Assembly: GCF_009914755.1 (NCBI RefSeq)
Contig: NC_060944.1
DNA: 64,000 nt
Source: the human T2T-CHM13v2.0 reference genome, Homo sapiens
Strand: one strand, 5' to 3'
Of this stretch, positions 43,651 to 60,115 are shown one piece after another. Position numbers and translations under genes: made by a program. The notes below the pieces were generated by a model. That model ran no database searches and was not told where the DNA came from. It worked only from the letters and a program-made list of their open reading frames with translations. The stretch's first letter is position 1; every line of letters starts with the position of its first letter.

Positions 43651-44169
43651 ATTAAAAATTGTGAGCAAAGGAATATTGTGAGCAGATCTGTGTACCTTTA
43701 CATAATTCTAGGTAAAGTGCCTGATCTTCTATATGAGAACAGAGAGAAAATGAGACGTCTGTAGAAGAGTCAAGATTAATGAGTATTTCACGCTTGTGCT
43801 ACTTTTCCACAGGGTTGGCCTGGGGACATGGGTGTGGAAAAGGGAAAACCATTGCTGAATTTATGGCAGTTATTGCTAAGCCTCAGGGGGCATTAATACC
43901 ATGGGATCTCCAGGCCTCCCTTAGGTAGCTAGGGAGCCCGGGGCATGAGTAGAGGACCACATTCAGAGTTCATGGAGAAGATTGCCTCTATTCCATAGAG
44001 TACCTTTGTGAACATTAGAAGAGGGTGCCACTTTCTTTGGGGCCATATAACCCTGCAGCAGGGCACATGGCATGGTAAACAGAGCCTAGGACTCACCCCC
44101 TTTGCTAGATACCTTTGGACAGGACACAACCTGAGCAACACACTTATGTCCTGGCCAGAGAGCACTTGT

Positions 44170-44612
44170 GATTACGGGAAATTCTGCCTAGTAAGAAAAC
44201 ATGTGCATTATTTATGTCTGTACATCTTTTGAATTTGGGGTGATCTTATGATTTTCTTTGATAAATAGAATGTGATAGAAGTAATTTTATGTGACTTCTA
44301 ATGCTAGACCTTAAGAGACCTTGCACCTTTCACTTTTACCCTCTTAAAATTCTGCTCTGGGATCGCTATGTAAAGAAGTCTAGTCCAGCCTCCTGGAGGA
44401 TGAGAGGCCATGCAGAGGAGAACTGAAGTGCTCTAGGTGACAGCCAGCACTTCCTGGCAGCTGCGTCTTCATAAGTAATCCCAGGCAAGACGGCAAGAAC
44501 AACTGCCTAGTCATAGAGTTGCTGAACCACAAGATCTTGTGCAATAATAAATGAGTTTTAAGCCTCTACATTTTGTGGTAGTTTGTTATACAGCAGTGGA
44601 TAACTGATATAC
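44170..44612 (+). mobile_element. MLT1H-like MaLR solo LTR
   Basis: GGATGAGAGGCCATGCAGAGGAGAACTGA...GACAGCCAGCAC...GTAGTTTGTTATACAGCAGTGGATAACTGA. Confidence 0.85.
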
Positions 44613-45121
44613 ATATGTAGGCCAAAAGGGAAGGAACAGAGGTAATTCTCGGTCTAGAAGTCATCTGTAGTGACCGTTTTCTCTCAGCTTCCAATAAAGA
44701 TGCTTCCAGTGATATGGCATTGAGTCAGAACATTTCCTTTTCATGAACAGAGATATTACTGCATCATACAAGTCAGTTTGGTCTGTAGGAGCATCAGAAA
44801 TGACTACAGAGATTTCCAGCATAGTTTCTGATACCCAAATGGCCTGGAAATGTCTGCTGGCATATTACCTTTCTAGTTACTATGTGCCTCATAAAGACAG
44901 CAACAAAAGACTCAGCAATATTAAAAATGAAGAACCAAGTTGCTGGTTTATTCTAGTTATCATTATCACTGAGAGTGTGCTGTTACAATGTTGATAGTGA
45001 TGTACGCGTTTACGAAGAAATGACTTCTAAAAACACTAGCTAGACTAGAAAGTCACATAATGAAGCAGTAGAAAGTGTAGCAGGAATCTGAAGAATTGAG
45101 ATAAATTAAAAATAAATGGGA

Positions 45122-45426
45122 GGCTGGGTGCAGTGGCTCATGCTTGTAATTCCAGCACTTTGGGAGGCTGGAGCAGGTGGATCACCTGAGGTCAGGAGTT
45201 TGAGACCAGCCTGGCCAACATGGCGAAACCCCATCTCTACAAAAAATATAAAAATTAGCCAGGTGTGGTGGTGCTCACCTGTAATCCCAGCTACTCAGAA
45301 GGCTGAGACAGGGGAATCACTTGAACCCAGGAGGTGGAGGTTGCAGTAAGCTGAGATCCCACCACTGCACTCTAGCCTGGGTGATAGAGTGAGACTCCAT
45401 GTCAAAACAAACAAACAAACAAAAAA
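45122..45426 (+). mobile_element. AluSx with (CAAA)n tail
   Basis: GGATCACCTGAGGTCAGGAGTTTGAGACCAGCCTGGCCAACATGG. Confidence 0.96.
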
Positions 45427-45928
45427 CCCAAAATGAAATACCTGGAAAAATTGGAAATATATATACATTATATTTACCAAATGGGGAAAATTAAATAAGC
45501 AGGTGAATCTTTGTATTTTGGTCAATTTTACTCTCATGATTCTGATTTTATGAAATTATTATTTTCTTTGATTTTGCAGTGATTTTTCATTAGCTGGAAG
45601 CTACAGAGCAAATTATTTTGATGCCAAAGTGAAAAATATGGAGATATTTATTGGAATAATACAAACTTCTTTCTCTTTCTCTTCTTCTCTTTCTTTCTTT
45701 TAAACTAAAGTCTTTCATGAAATGGGAATTAATAATGAATGCCAGCTGCCTTCACACTGGATTCTTGCTGGAACTTTCACTCCCCAATTCCTAATGCTCT
45801 TCTTCTGGTAGAGCAGAGAGCCATGCCCAAGCAGTCAACAGACTATAACCTGGCCTTGCTTGGTCCTAGAAGCTGAATACCTACCTCCCCACAAGAGATG
45901 GCATAAGAGTAAGAAATGAGAACTACAG

Positions 45929-46322
<394 letters not shown>

Positions 46323-46346
46323 CTAAGGATGAAGGAGTAAGGGTGA

Positions 46347-46730
<384 letters not shown>

Positions 46731-46839
46731 TGATGTATGCTATTATATGCCAAAATGGAAAGGGTATTCAGCTTCTTTTTATGGGGAAAATGTCAAATTG
46801 ATTCAGTTAAAATAGAAGAAATATTAGTGAGTGTATCAG

Positions 46840-47082
46840 TAGTAATTATGCTTGAGTAGCATGAAATCAAACTGAATTTGAATCATGGCTCTGCTACCTG
46901 CTAGCTGGGTAAATTGGGCAAATTACTCAATTTCTAAGCCATAGTCTCCTTGCCTGCAAGATAGGAATAATCACAGGTCCTGCCTTGCAGGATTACTGTC
47001 AGGGTTTAATAAAGCAAAGCATTTAAAGCACTTAGCACATTGCCTAGCACACAGTCAGTGCTCACTAAGTGGTTGCTACTAT
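46840..47082 (+). mobile_element. MIR
   Basis: TTTGAATCATGGCTCTGCTACCTGCTAGCTG...TTGGGCAAATTACT...TAAAGCACTTAGCACATTGCCTAGCACACAG. Confidence 0.88.
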
Positions 47083-47419
47083 TGTGGCATAAGTCTTTTA
47101 TTTAGATAACAAAGCAGCTTACATTTTAATTTATATGTTATTTTAAGTAATTTAGTTAAAACCAAATCTCACTTTATCTAAAAACTACAATATGATTAAT
47201 ATGATTTATAATTAGTGTCACTGTTATTCATAAAAACTATATAAAATGGACAAATAGGTCAATGTTATCAGGGGATACAGTAAATTAGAAGCATAAGAAA
47301 AAGTTTAGGATAAATCATTTATAACCTTGCTAAAAGGGAATAATATTGCCAGAGAGATACTTTGTCAGGGAGAATTATAAAATGAGTACATTCTCCTGTG
47401 TTTTGCGTTGCCCAATCCT

Positions 47420-48465
47420 TCAAATTGCTCAATTGAGTGGTTACTTCTGAGTCCTCATTTTGTGTGACTTAGCAGCAGCATATGACAAATGATCGCCATT
47501 CCCTCCTTGAAACATATCCTTCACTTGGCTGCTAGGACACCACATTTGCCTGGCTTTCCTTCTCCCTTTCCGTCTGTTCCTTATCAGTTTTTTTCTGATT
47601 CCTCCTTATCTGCCCAGCCTCTTAATATTGAAATAACCCGTGGAACACTCTTTAGGGCTCTTTTCTGACTACATTCACTCCCTAGGTGATCGCATTCAGT
47701 CTCAAGTTGAGTTACAATCTATGTGCTGATGACTCCCAAATTTGTATCTTTAGTGTGTGTGTCCCTCCTTTCAATTTCAGACCCATAAACCAACTGCCTA
47801 TTTTTTATCTTCACTTGAATATCCGACTCCACATATCCAAAATCAGCTTCTTCTGTGGCCATCACCGTCTCAGTTAATGGCAACTCTTGGTATTCCTGTT
47901 TTTCTCTCACACATAACGTCATGTAGTTCAGCAGAAAACCTTGTCAGTTCTACCATCTCTGTGTGTGTGTATATATATATATGTGTGTGTGTGTATGTGT
48001 TTGTGTTCCATATATATATGTAGAGAGAGAGAGTTCACCATCACCCATTACACCCCTATGACCACCATCATCCTGCTTCAAGCCAGCATCACCTCTCTCC
48101 TGGATTGCTACAATAGCCTTTGTCTCCTTGCTTCTACTCTTGCCCCTCTGTAGTTTGTTTCCAACACAGCAGCCAATGTGGTCTTGTTAAAATTTAAATT
48201 AGATTATGTCATTTTTCTGCTCAAAACCCTTCAGTGGCTTTCCTTTTAGGGACCTGGGTAAACAGCCTCCTATTACCTTTCTGATGCCATCTCTTACCAC
48301 TTTCTCCCTGGTTCATCCTGCCCCAGCCACAGCGGTCTTTCTATTGAACTTTAACGCAAGCTCCATGAGGGCAAGGATTTTTGTCCATTTTGTTCCCTGC
48401 ATATCTCCAGCATCTAGACCAGCACTTGGCCTAAAGTAAGCACTCATTAAATATTTCTTGAATAT
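47420..48465 (+). mobile_element. L2 (L2a-like) with internal microsatellite
   Basis: ORF 47686-47877 contains LCADDSQICIFS (L2 RT-like); 3' end TAAGCACTCATTAAATATTTCTTGAAT. Confidence 0.88.
47959..48032. repeat. Compound (TG)n(TA)n(TG)n...(GA)n microsatellite
   Basis: Read directly. Confidence 0.93.
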
Positions 48466-48894
48466 ATTATGGACAACTTCTGAACCCATCTCTTTTGCAC
48501 AATTTTCCCATAAAGGTCATTGTATAAGGCATCAATGTATGTATCAGTCTTTACCAGAAGTCTGAGGTAATGATGAGATATTTGTTCATCATCATGTTAT
48601 TTAATGTGTTTCTTCCTCAAGATTACTGACACATTTCCCCAATTCCCCATTTTCCTGGTTGCTGTCATCCTCTGACTCATTCCCTTCCCCAGAACTTGAT
48701 TCCTTTGTTTATCATACAGTGTAAAACAGTCCTCTTCTCCTGTGCTGGACTAGGTCTGGAAAAGTTTAATCCATGGCTTGGGAAAAAAAGACTGGAAAAA
48801 TGGCATTTTCCTGTTTCCTTTTTAAAATTTCAGTGCTTTGATGTTTGATTTTAAAAATCATCGCAAGGATAGTTCTAGGGGCAAAACTTAAAGT

Positions 48895-49268
48895 TGGCTT
48901 TGTTAAGGTAACACCAATTGCCGTAATACATAATTCTCCAAATTTCAGTGGCTTTACACAAAAAGGACTTTTGCTTGCTTCATGCACATCTAGTTCCAAC
49001 AGTCATTTCTGATCACTGGGCCTCTAAGTGGCTCCTTCAATAATGCAAACCTGCCATCATGCAAGTTTGCTGTGGAAGAGGGAAAGAGTATAGAATATTA
49101 TTGAGGGATGTTTTATAGGACATGTTTGTGACTATACATCCACTACTATTTTACTGTCCAGAATTTGGTCATACCTGAATGCTGGCAAGTTTGGGGCATG
49201 TGATTCACATGTATACCTAGGAAGAAGCAGAAACAAGTTTGGTGATGACCCATCCAGAGTCTCTACCA
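48895..49268 (-). mobile_element. MLT1 (older subfamily) LTR
   Basis: CCAAATTTCAGTGGCTTTACACAA...TGTCCAGAATTTGGTCAT...CCTAGGAAGAAG...TTTGGTGA. Confidence 0.7.
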
Positions 49269-49354
49269 AACTTTTTATTGCCACACTTTCTCTCTCACTC
49301 CTTATTCATAAGCCTCTGATGTGTGGATCCTCTTCTTGCTTGGTGTTGGATGGA

Positions 49355-49580
49355 ATCATAATAGTAATAGTATAAATAACAAATATTTTCTGCTATTCAC
49401 TGCTTATATTATTTAATTATCAAAAACTGTGAGGTAGGTCTACTTATCACCATTTATAGATGTGGAAATTGAGGCATTAGTGTGTCTAACGTCACTAACT
49501 TGTAAGAGTTGAAACCAAGATTTGAACCAGGCTGTCTGACTTCACAATCCACCTCCCTAACAAGGACACTGTATTGCCTC
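49355..49580 (-). mobile_element. MIR
   Basis: CTGTGAGGTAGG...TTTATAGATGTGGAAATTGAGGCA...GATTTGAACCAGGCTGTCTGACT. Confidence 0.85.
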
Positions 49581-50120
49581 TCAAGTTTTGAAGAGTTAGA
49601 CCTCTTTTCCCTTATTATATTGCTTCTTGAGGAGCCAGGATGAACCTGGAAGGAACTTTGGGACCCCATTTCAACTTCAAATTTCCTCCATTCATTTGCT
49701 GATTTGACTTCTACACTTATGTCTCCAATTCTTAACCAGAATGACTCAGGGCCTCCCAGTTCTCAGATCAGTTTCAGACAGAGTGGCAACTTGAGGCTAA
49801 AGGGTGAAGGAATGGAGCCCTGTTTGTGTAAGAATTCTCTCAGAGTATTTCATTGTGGGCACTTTTCACAGTTCCAACTCTCCTAATTGAAACACATTTC
49901 ACCAAACACTCCAAGTGATATGGTAATTAAAATTAAATCTGTTGCCAAAAAAGGCAAAGAAAATAGTATAAGCAGTCTATAAACTATTATAATATCACCT
50001 GCTAAAGATATTTATTCTGGAGAAAACAATGCCTATAAATTATAAACTGATACAACAGAGTGCTATTTTTTAGTTTTATCGGAGCCACCAAAATACAATA
50101 TATATCAGATACTGAAATGA

Positions 50121-50451
<331 letters not shown>

Positions 50452-51109
50452 GATGCAGATTTTCAAAGGAAATGTTCAACTAATGGATTTCATCCCCCAA
50501 CAAGTGTATTCAAAAGTCAGGTTTTTCGAGATTAAAGATTTTGTGAGGACAATTTCTTTGGAAAATAGCTTCTGCTGTTATTTGCCACCTTTTATCCCAT
50601 GGCAAGGGAGGGAAGTATGTGTGTACGTACACGTGTGTGTGTGTGTGCTGTGACTTTCTTCACACACTGCCTATAGGAAGAGGCCTCAGAGGAGACTCTA
50701 GGAGTTTATTGTCTCCCCCAGACTTGGGAGAGTACAGCTAGCTCATGTCTGATGTCCACCTGAGGTATCTGAAAGTGAAAAGCTGTCAAAAAGGGCCTTT
50801 GGAAGCTAAGTAGAGGGCTGTGTTTGGGCTGTAACTGAACTCTACTCCAGATGGGCCAAAGGTCTGTGACTCCTGGGGACCAGACATGGGACCCAGAGAA
50901 GCAGACACCACTGTCCAAAGTAATTTTGACTCCTGCTTGAGAGGACTGCCAGAGACCGCAGAGCAACTTCAGCAGTCTTTGAGTAATGGAAGATGGGAAA
51001 ACTAGAGGCTGAGGGGGAATTAGCTGCTGGAGGGTTAGAATGAATAGTCCATGTCACCGGAGTTACAATCAAAAGAGGACAGTAGAAGAGCACTTGAGAA
51101 CCCATGAAA

Positions 51110-51110
<1 letters not shown>

Positions 51111-51146
<36 letters not shown>

Positions 51147-51181
51147 TGTGTCTGCATGTGTGTATCTGAGAGAGAGAGAGA
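51111..51181. repeat. (TG)17 microsatellite followed by (GA)n
   Basis: Uninterrupted TG at 51111-51144. Confidence 0.97.
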
Positions 51182-51480
51182 TGTAAACATCTGCGAGGCC
51201 AAGAGAGTGTGAAGCCATTTTACAATAGTATTAGTCAAGTGAGAACTTTGCAGCCCGTCTTTCCCACATCTCTCTTTCATTTAGACCCTAGAGAGGTCAG
51301 ATTACCACAGTCCAAAGTAGGGGAAGAGGGATGGTAGTCTAACCTTTGAATAAAGATTCAATTGCTGTTTAATTTGTTAGACAAACTTCAGTGTACTAAA
51401 TTGAGACTCTGTTCAGCAACTAATGTCTTTTTATTACCTATGAATGTCCAGAGATGTCATGGAGCCTGCCAGAGTTTTCA

Positions 51481-51904
<424 letters not shown>

Positions 51905-52534
51905 TCATCATGCAGTGCGTTTGATTGTGCTTGTTATACGGAATGTATTGCTCCTCAGCAAATATGGATTTTCTAATATCACTAATTTTTAATTCAGAAT
52001 TAATATTTGAATGTATTAATTTTCTGCCTTTTAGAGAGTAATGGAGTATTGTATAACTCATTGAGGATTGATCGGTATGTACCTTAAATCTTAAACAATT
52101 TGAGAATTATTAACAAATCTATAATTAAGTCTACCACTTAGAGAATCTTTTCTCTGGCACAATAGGAAAGTTAGGTTCTAGTTGAAGAAACTGAAGAAAG
52201 AGGAGGCAGTTTTGAGGTCTTTATTTGGCCATTAGCTTGCTTTAACTAAGAAGGTTTTTTTTTCCTGTGCTTTTTTTACCCCCTTATCTGAGTCCTTGTA
52301 AAAAGAAACAATATCCTCAGTGTATGCTAAATGCTTGACAGATTAATTTTTCTGCATCACAATTGAAAAAGTTGCTCTTAAACCAGAGAAATGAATAGAT
52401 GGTTCTTTGTAGACTTACTTGGCATTGTTTTCAAGGAGTTTCTCTGACCATGTCACATAGTGGATCAATCAACAGACTTTTTCAGCATCCACTAAATACT
52501 TATTATTGTGCTTGGCACCACAGGATTTGGAATT

Positions 52535-53210
52535 CAGTCCAAATAAATTCAATAGATTATAATTGAGTACTATCCCATGTTAGACACTGTGCTAGGCTCT
52601 GAGAAAATTAGCATGAATGATTAAACCCAAGGTATGTAGTCTGGTTGTGAAATACATGTATAACTAATACTGTACATAGTGGGATGAATGTCAAATGTGG
52701 AGTACAAACAAAGCTGAGTGTTAGTAGTGATGAGGAAATGATTCATTCTAACTGAAAAGATTGAGGACTACAAAATAATAGGTATCATTTATGAATAACC
52801 CGAGATGGTACAGGTACTCTATAAAGAATTGATATTTATAAGTCCCCTTGGGATAGTTTTCATATCCTCATTTTATTGGTTAGAGGATTCAGAAAACTTA
52901 AGCAGCTTGTCCAAATCACATAGCTAGTAGTTATCAGAATCAGCAACTAGAATCTGAGTCTGTTTGATTTCAAAGCCTATGTTCTTATTAGCAACACTGT
53001 GACATCTGTGCTTGCAGGGGATCATTTCAGATTAAAAGGAGCAGTGTAAATAAAGGTACAGGTTTAAGAAGGAAGTGTTGACAGGTAGGTTGTAGTCCAT
53101 TGTGACTAGGCATGGCTTAGAAGCCCTGGAAAGACTGAAGGCATATTGTGGAAGATTTTGAATTCTATGCTAAGAGATTGGACTTTATTCTAGGTATAGT
53201 CACTAAAAAA
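52535..53210 (-). mobile_element. L2 fragments with nested MIR (about 52770-52995)
   Basis: TTGAGTACTATCCCATGTTAGACACTGTGCTAGGCTCTG; AAGCAGCTTGTCCAAATCACATAGCTAGTA; ATGCTAAGAGATTGGACTTTATTCT. Confidence 0.7.
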
Positions 53211-53269
53211 TTATAAAAAACAAAAAAGACAAATAGACAATGACAATATCTAATAGGTGCTAATTATCT

Positions 53270-53890
53270 GATGCAAATCAGTGTATCTCAATGTAATTTA
53301 AAAATTGTGCTATTATTAATACAATGACAATATTAAAAAATAATACGTCATCTAAATCACCTTATAACTGAGTCCACCACTGCAACTGTTTGCTTTTCTG
53401 TTCATATGCATGTTGGTTCTAAGAAGTACACATTGGGCTAATGAGAATAGAACAGAAACAAATTTCATGTGTAAATGACACCATTTTAGGAAGTGAACGT
53501 CAAATGATGTTAGACTGCACACACTGAACAAATAATGTGTTCATATTAATGAGGAGAGAGAAAAGGAGTGAGAGACGCTTATCACCTCACAGCTCACTGT
53601 GGCCTATGCACAACAGGCTTCTAGGTCTTGCATCAGCCTCATATCTTCAGTGGGAGTAGTTAGCAGAAGTAAAAATCACATTGAGTTAATGTTAATTTGA
53701 AATTTATTGATTTTGGTATTTAATATATAACTTTGCTTTGGTTTCATAATTACATAAATGTTATGACCCTAAGGAGTTTATAACATTTTAAGTTAGCATG
53801 GATTTAAATACAAATATGCTATATAGTTATACTTAAGGCTAACATGGGAGACCCAGAAACGTGTTTTTCTCTTAAGTTTGAAAAATACTT
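53270..53890. mobile_element. Possible hAT-Charlie relic
   Basis: End AAGTTTGAAAAATACT resembles a Charlie terminus; weak similarity only. Confidence 0.35.
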
Positions 53891-54157
53891 CATGAACAAT
53901 TCCTACTGAGAAACATTAACATAGTACCTGAAGGAAAAGGGGCTAGAAGGTGGGGCCGAATTCCGAATGAAATAGGATTATAAGCAGAAACACAGAAACA
54001 GGAATGAAGAGATGGTTACACTAGAGCATGAAGTTCGTTTTGTGGTAAGTAGGCAAGAGAGCCAGACAATTAAGAAACTCATATCACTGAAGTTTCATAT
54101 CACCATAGAAAGGGGTCAATATGGACTCTTCAGGAAGATAATGAAAATGTGACTTAA

Positions 54158-54935
<778 letters not shown>

Positions 54936-55009
54936 CTGCTAAGTGACCTTTTACCTTTTTAAGACTGTCCATTTTGTGGACAAAGGACACTGACATTTCA
55001 GAGTTTCTG

Positions 55010-55250
55010 TCATGTGCCTTGAATTATGCTGAACACTTTTACATTTGAATTTTATAAAAATTCTGTGGTATATTTATTTTCTCCATGAGGGGGTGGAGGG
55101 GATCTCCAATAGCACATAAAGCTCACGCTCAGAAAGTTTAGTACCTCTTGAAGGTGACACTGCTGAGTCATGTTGAAGTTAGAATTGGGAGAGGATTTTG
55201 AACCCAGGTATTTCTGACCCAGAGGCTTCTGATTCTTCTATCTACTGATG
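55010..55250 (-). mobile_element. MIR
   Basis: GCTCAGAAAGTTTAGTACCTCTTGAAGGTGACAC...GATTTTGAACCCAGGTATTTCTGACCCAGAG. Confidence 0.7.
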
Positions 55251-55539
55251 GAATGGAGAAACTAGAAAGAGTTTGGAAATTACAAGGATAGAAGATAATA
55301 ATGAATTTAGATTGTGCCCTATTTTTCATTTATATGTTTATTAAGAAATTAATTTTTTTCTTTATTCTAATTGCACATGGCTAATAACAGTCTCATTTTC
55401 AATGTGTTAAATAATAAGGTTTTTGTGTCCTTGAGTATTTATTTTGGAGATACATGACATAGAAACATCTTAACATTTAGGGATAATATTCTTTTATGAT
55501 AGTGTTTCTCATAGTTAATCTGAAGTTTTTAATAGAATC

Positions 55540-55805
55540 AGTAATAATAATGACAATATCCATCTTATATTATTCTTGTAGGACTTTTCATTATACCAAA
55601 TAAATTACTAAATTAATTTTAGTGAGTCATTACAATAGGTATGTGACACCAGTAACAGTCTTATTATTACCAACTTAAGAAGAAGCTAAAGTTGAACTCA
55701 GTGGCTTGTCTGATGTAATTCAGCTCATCTTTGATGAAGTCGGGTCTGAGAACTGCATTATTTCCGGATTTGTTTGTGGAATGCAAGTGTAGCTCCCTTT
55801 ATACA
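55540..55805 (-). mobile_element. MIR-like fragment
   Basis: AATAATAATGACAATA...TTATTATTACC...AGTGGCTTGTCTGATGT. Confidence 0.45.
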
Positions 55806-56769
55806 ATGTGCAGTTCTGAAAAAGTGAATTGTTATTACTACAAATCTTATTATTCAAAGCAATCCTATTGTGAATCCTTTGGTAAACCGAATAGCTTGTC
55901 TTTTGTTCAAATGTGGATTTTTTGCATTTAGATTTGCCTGAAAGTAAAGAGTACTTTGGCCATTTTTGCCTTGGAAATCATTATATTTGTTTCTTGATGC
56001 ACATCTTACATCTTGAGGTTTTCCTCTTATGGCAGTCATAGAGATTTTCCTTTGAATGTGTCTTTCCACTTACGGTTGCTGCAATCTCCTGCAGCATTTG
56101 TACTGGTTGGTATCATTTCTCAACTATTGATTTCAATTACCTTATCTAGGTCCTTAGGACAAGAAGTGAGAAATATGATACCCAACTCTAAAGAAAGAGG
56201 TTTTGAAGGGAAATGTGCTGGAATGTGGATAGAGCTTTTTTCTGTTCTAACATGAGAATCAGGACTACCTACATTCATTGATATTGGTGCTGATAGTGTT
56301 ATTGCATTCCTATGGACATTAAGACCACCAAGGCCTGCATATGACTTGTACTTTCAGGCCTGAGAATGCTTGTAGTTTGTCAGCGGTTTGGGAATATGGT
56401 TCCCCTCTGATGTGTGTCCCTACTTAGCCCTGTGGATTTAGGCTCCTCTTCTTGAAATGGTGCCATCTATCTTTGATCACTGCTGTCATTTCCTAATAAC
56501 CCACAGCTTCAGACTGTTTGGCTGTGTTGCTTTGGAGTGCTTTTTTTCCTGCTTACCTTGCATGTGGTTGTTCCAGTTCATCTCATCTGACTATATAAGC
56601 AGTTACTTAGGAATTCTGTTGTAATCTGTCTTTGCATTCCTAACCTCGTGAAACTGAGGCATATGCAGCATGCTTCAGTGATGGGAAGTTGATCAAATGC
56701 TTTAAGTACGTGGGATTCATTGATGTGTCGAATGTTGGACATGAGCAACCTTCATTCTGCCCCTTCATC

Positions 56770-57560
56770 TTATTTTATATTACTTTAAATAGTAGAATGT
56801 ACTGTATTCCTCGTTATAAATGGAAATCTTAGAACTTGATAAAAATTTAAAAGAAATTACCTATAGATCCACTACCTAAAGAATGCCACTCTTAACAGTT
56901 TTTTCCATTTAATTACCTGTGTCCAGTTCATTAAAAATACATTTATAGCCTATATATAATTTTATATTTTGCTTCTTATATTTAACAGGACATGATTGGC
57001 ATTTCTGAATGTATATAATTCATAAGTATAATTTTAATATTTATATACTATTTAGAAAGAGTTTTCATACCTTAATTTATTTAACCAAACCCCTATTACA
57101 TTATGTTTTAAATATTTCAATGCATATCACCAAATTGTCTTCCAATAGTGTAATAAAAATTCACATTCTTATTAGCAATGTATGATAGTGTCTATTTTAC
57201 TGAACCTTGTTCCTCTATAGCTATTCTAATTAATACCATTGTTTCTGGTAATCTGCTGGACAAGAAATGCCATCTTCTTATTTTAAATTGCATTTATTAG
57301 GCTTATAGCAAGGATGAAAAATTGTTGTATGTTTTTAAAATTCTATTCTTTCTTATAAAATTTCTATTTATATTCTCTGTTCATTTATCTATTAGTTTCT
57401 CAGTGGTTTTCTTATTGGTATGTATGAGTAATTTTCATAGTAAATATATTACTCCTTTACCATATCAACTGTATATATTTTTCTAGTTCTTATTTTTAAC
57501 ATTCAATAGCTGTAAATTTTTATGTAGCTAGATGTATGATCCTTTATTCCACATGAGTTT
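56770..57560 (-). mobile_element. L1ME3-like 3' fragment
   Basis: AATTTATTTAACCAAACCCCTATT, CCAAATTGTCTTCCA, CATTCTTATTAGCAATGTATG. Confidence 0.7.
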
Positions 57561-57579
57561 TTTTTTTTTGTTTGTTTTC

Positions 57580-57770
57580 CCAGTGAGGAAAGTATTCAGC
57601 TCTAAGTAACAGAATTCCTAATTAACAGTGACTTACACAAGAGAGTGGTTTATTTTTCTTGCATAAACAGAAGTCTGGTGGTAGGTTGTAACAGCAGTGG
57701 TTTAGTTTCTCAGTAAAACCGTTTTAGAACCAGGCTTTTTTTTCTCTTTGTTCTATCATCTTTTATCATT
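57580..57770 (-). mobile_element. MLT1 LTR fragment
   Basis: TTCAGCTCTAAGTAACAGAA...AACAGTGACTTACACAAG...AGAAGTCTGGTGGTAGG. Confidence 0.7.
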
Positions 57771-57838
57771 ATCAGATTTTTAAAAATATATAAGCAACTT
57801 CTTCATTAAGAAAGCTAAGGCCCAGAGAAGTTAAGTGA

Positions 57839-58152
<314 letters not shown>

Positions 58153-59734
58153 TCTGTCTCTACACTCTTTCTGTTGCACTGTGCTGTCGCATATCTTGCT
58201 GTGCATTTCACATTGGTACCTGCTATTGGCATACAAAACACATACAAATATGACTTCGCTCTGTACTCCCTCAAGAGGTGTCCAGGCAATATTATGTATT
58301 AGCAATTAACACCTCAGCTATTAAATTCTTTTATAATAAACCATAATTTAAAATAACATGGGAATTCAGTATCTGCTAAGTTGAAAACTTTATTTACTCT
58401 CATTGTATTTTTGCAGATGTGACAGAACTTTTTGATAGAAAGAGCTCAAATGTTTAAGAGCACGGTTCAATTCTTATTTTATGTATTAAAAACTAATTTG
58501 TAGCAGGAGATCCTGAAACCTACTGAAGTGAAATATCAGACAGGCTTTGATCAACGAAAGAAAGAAATACTCTCATCAATCTTTGTAAGCCTCTCATTGG
58601 TAAATCTAAATCAACATATATAAAGTCTATATCTGTGCAAAGCATTCAACCTGCCCCTGTGGTAACTGAGCTCGTAAATTAGTTGAGGAGACAAGAGCAA
58701 TAGATAATATTTAATCCACAAAAGATGTAAACAGTAGTTGAAAGCAACTATAAATTAAATGCCACAGAGTAGGGCATGTCTACTTTCTAAGCAATAGAAT
58801 ACATAATATTTTCTTAACTTCACTTGTCTATGAACCAACATCATTATTTTTTGCCCTAACTATAAAGTTTATTTAAATATTAATATATTTTTTCTTTAAA
58901 ATAACTTTGAAGCAATTTAGTTTATAAAACTTAATCTTGCTGAGTGATAATACCCATGAACTCATGAATTCAATCTTCTAGCTGTACTTTTTTGTTTTTA
59001 ACTGTACATATTTTAACACATTAAAATAAATGTATTAAAAAAATGGTCTTCATGTATCATCTAAAAATTATCTTATGTCTCAGTCTTTGGGAAACACTGG
59101 CTTAAACAATCAATTACTAGGGAGTTCAGATGAGGAACAATAGAACAAATTTGCAGTGATTCTATTAAAATATATGAATTAAAGAATTCTCTTGTTCCCC
59201 TAAGGCCATAATCAAAATTATAGTTCAGATATATTGTCTGCTAGGTAATAGCATATTAATAAGGATTTCTTATGTGTTCATAGATATTTTATATAATTTA
59301 GCTTTAAAAACAGCCTTCAGATAACAGTCTTTCATGAGTGTTGAAAAGACTTCAGTTTCATTCTTAATCTTTCAGTAATAGATCCCAGGAGTGAATAAGG
59401 TTACGCATTTCACTTTTATAATCATCTTTGCTCAGTCTGCTGAAGGTAGGAATGCCTTAATATGGCATAGCACAGTATTTTTTCTAGGCTGCTTTATAAT
59501 TTGTTGAGAATGATTGCAAATCTTACTAAAAGCAATTCAGATACTTCAAAAAGAGCTCATCATTCATGATTAAAGACACATAAGCCTAAAGAAGTATCTC
59601 CAGCTAATTTTGAAGAATCATTAAAATATTTTGGGAATCAGCCCTCTTAAACAAATATAACAAAATTTAGAATTCTGTTTACACTTAGACATTTCTAGGC
59701 TTATATTCATTAGCCCATAAAATCCAGACTATAG

Positions 59735-60115
<381 letters not shown>

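Noticed and set aside
47468-47490. TTAGCAGCAGCA resembling a miR-15/16 seed
   Set aside because: No hairpin precursor; it matches L2 internal sequence.
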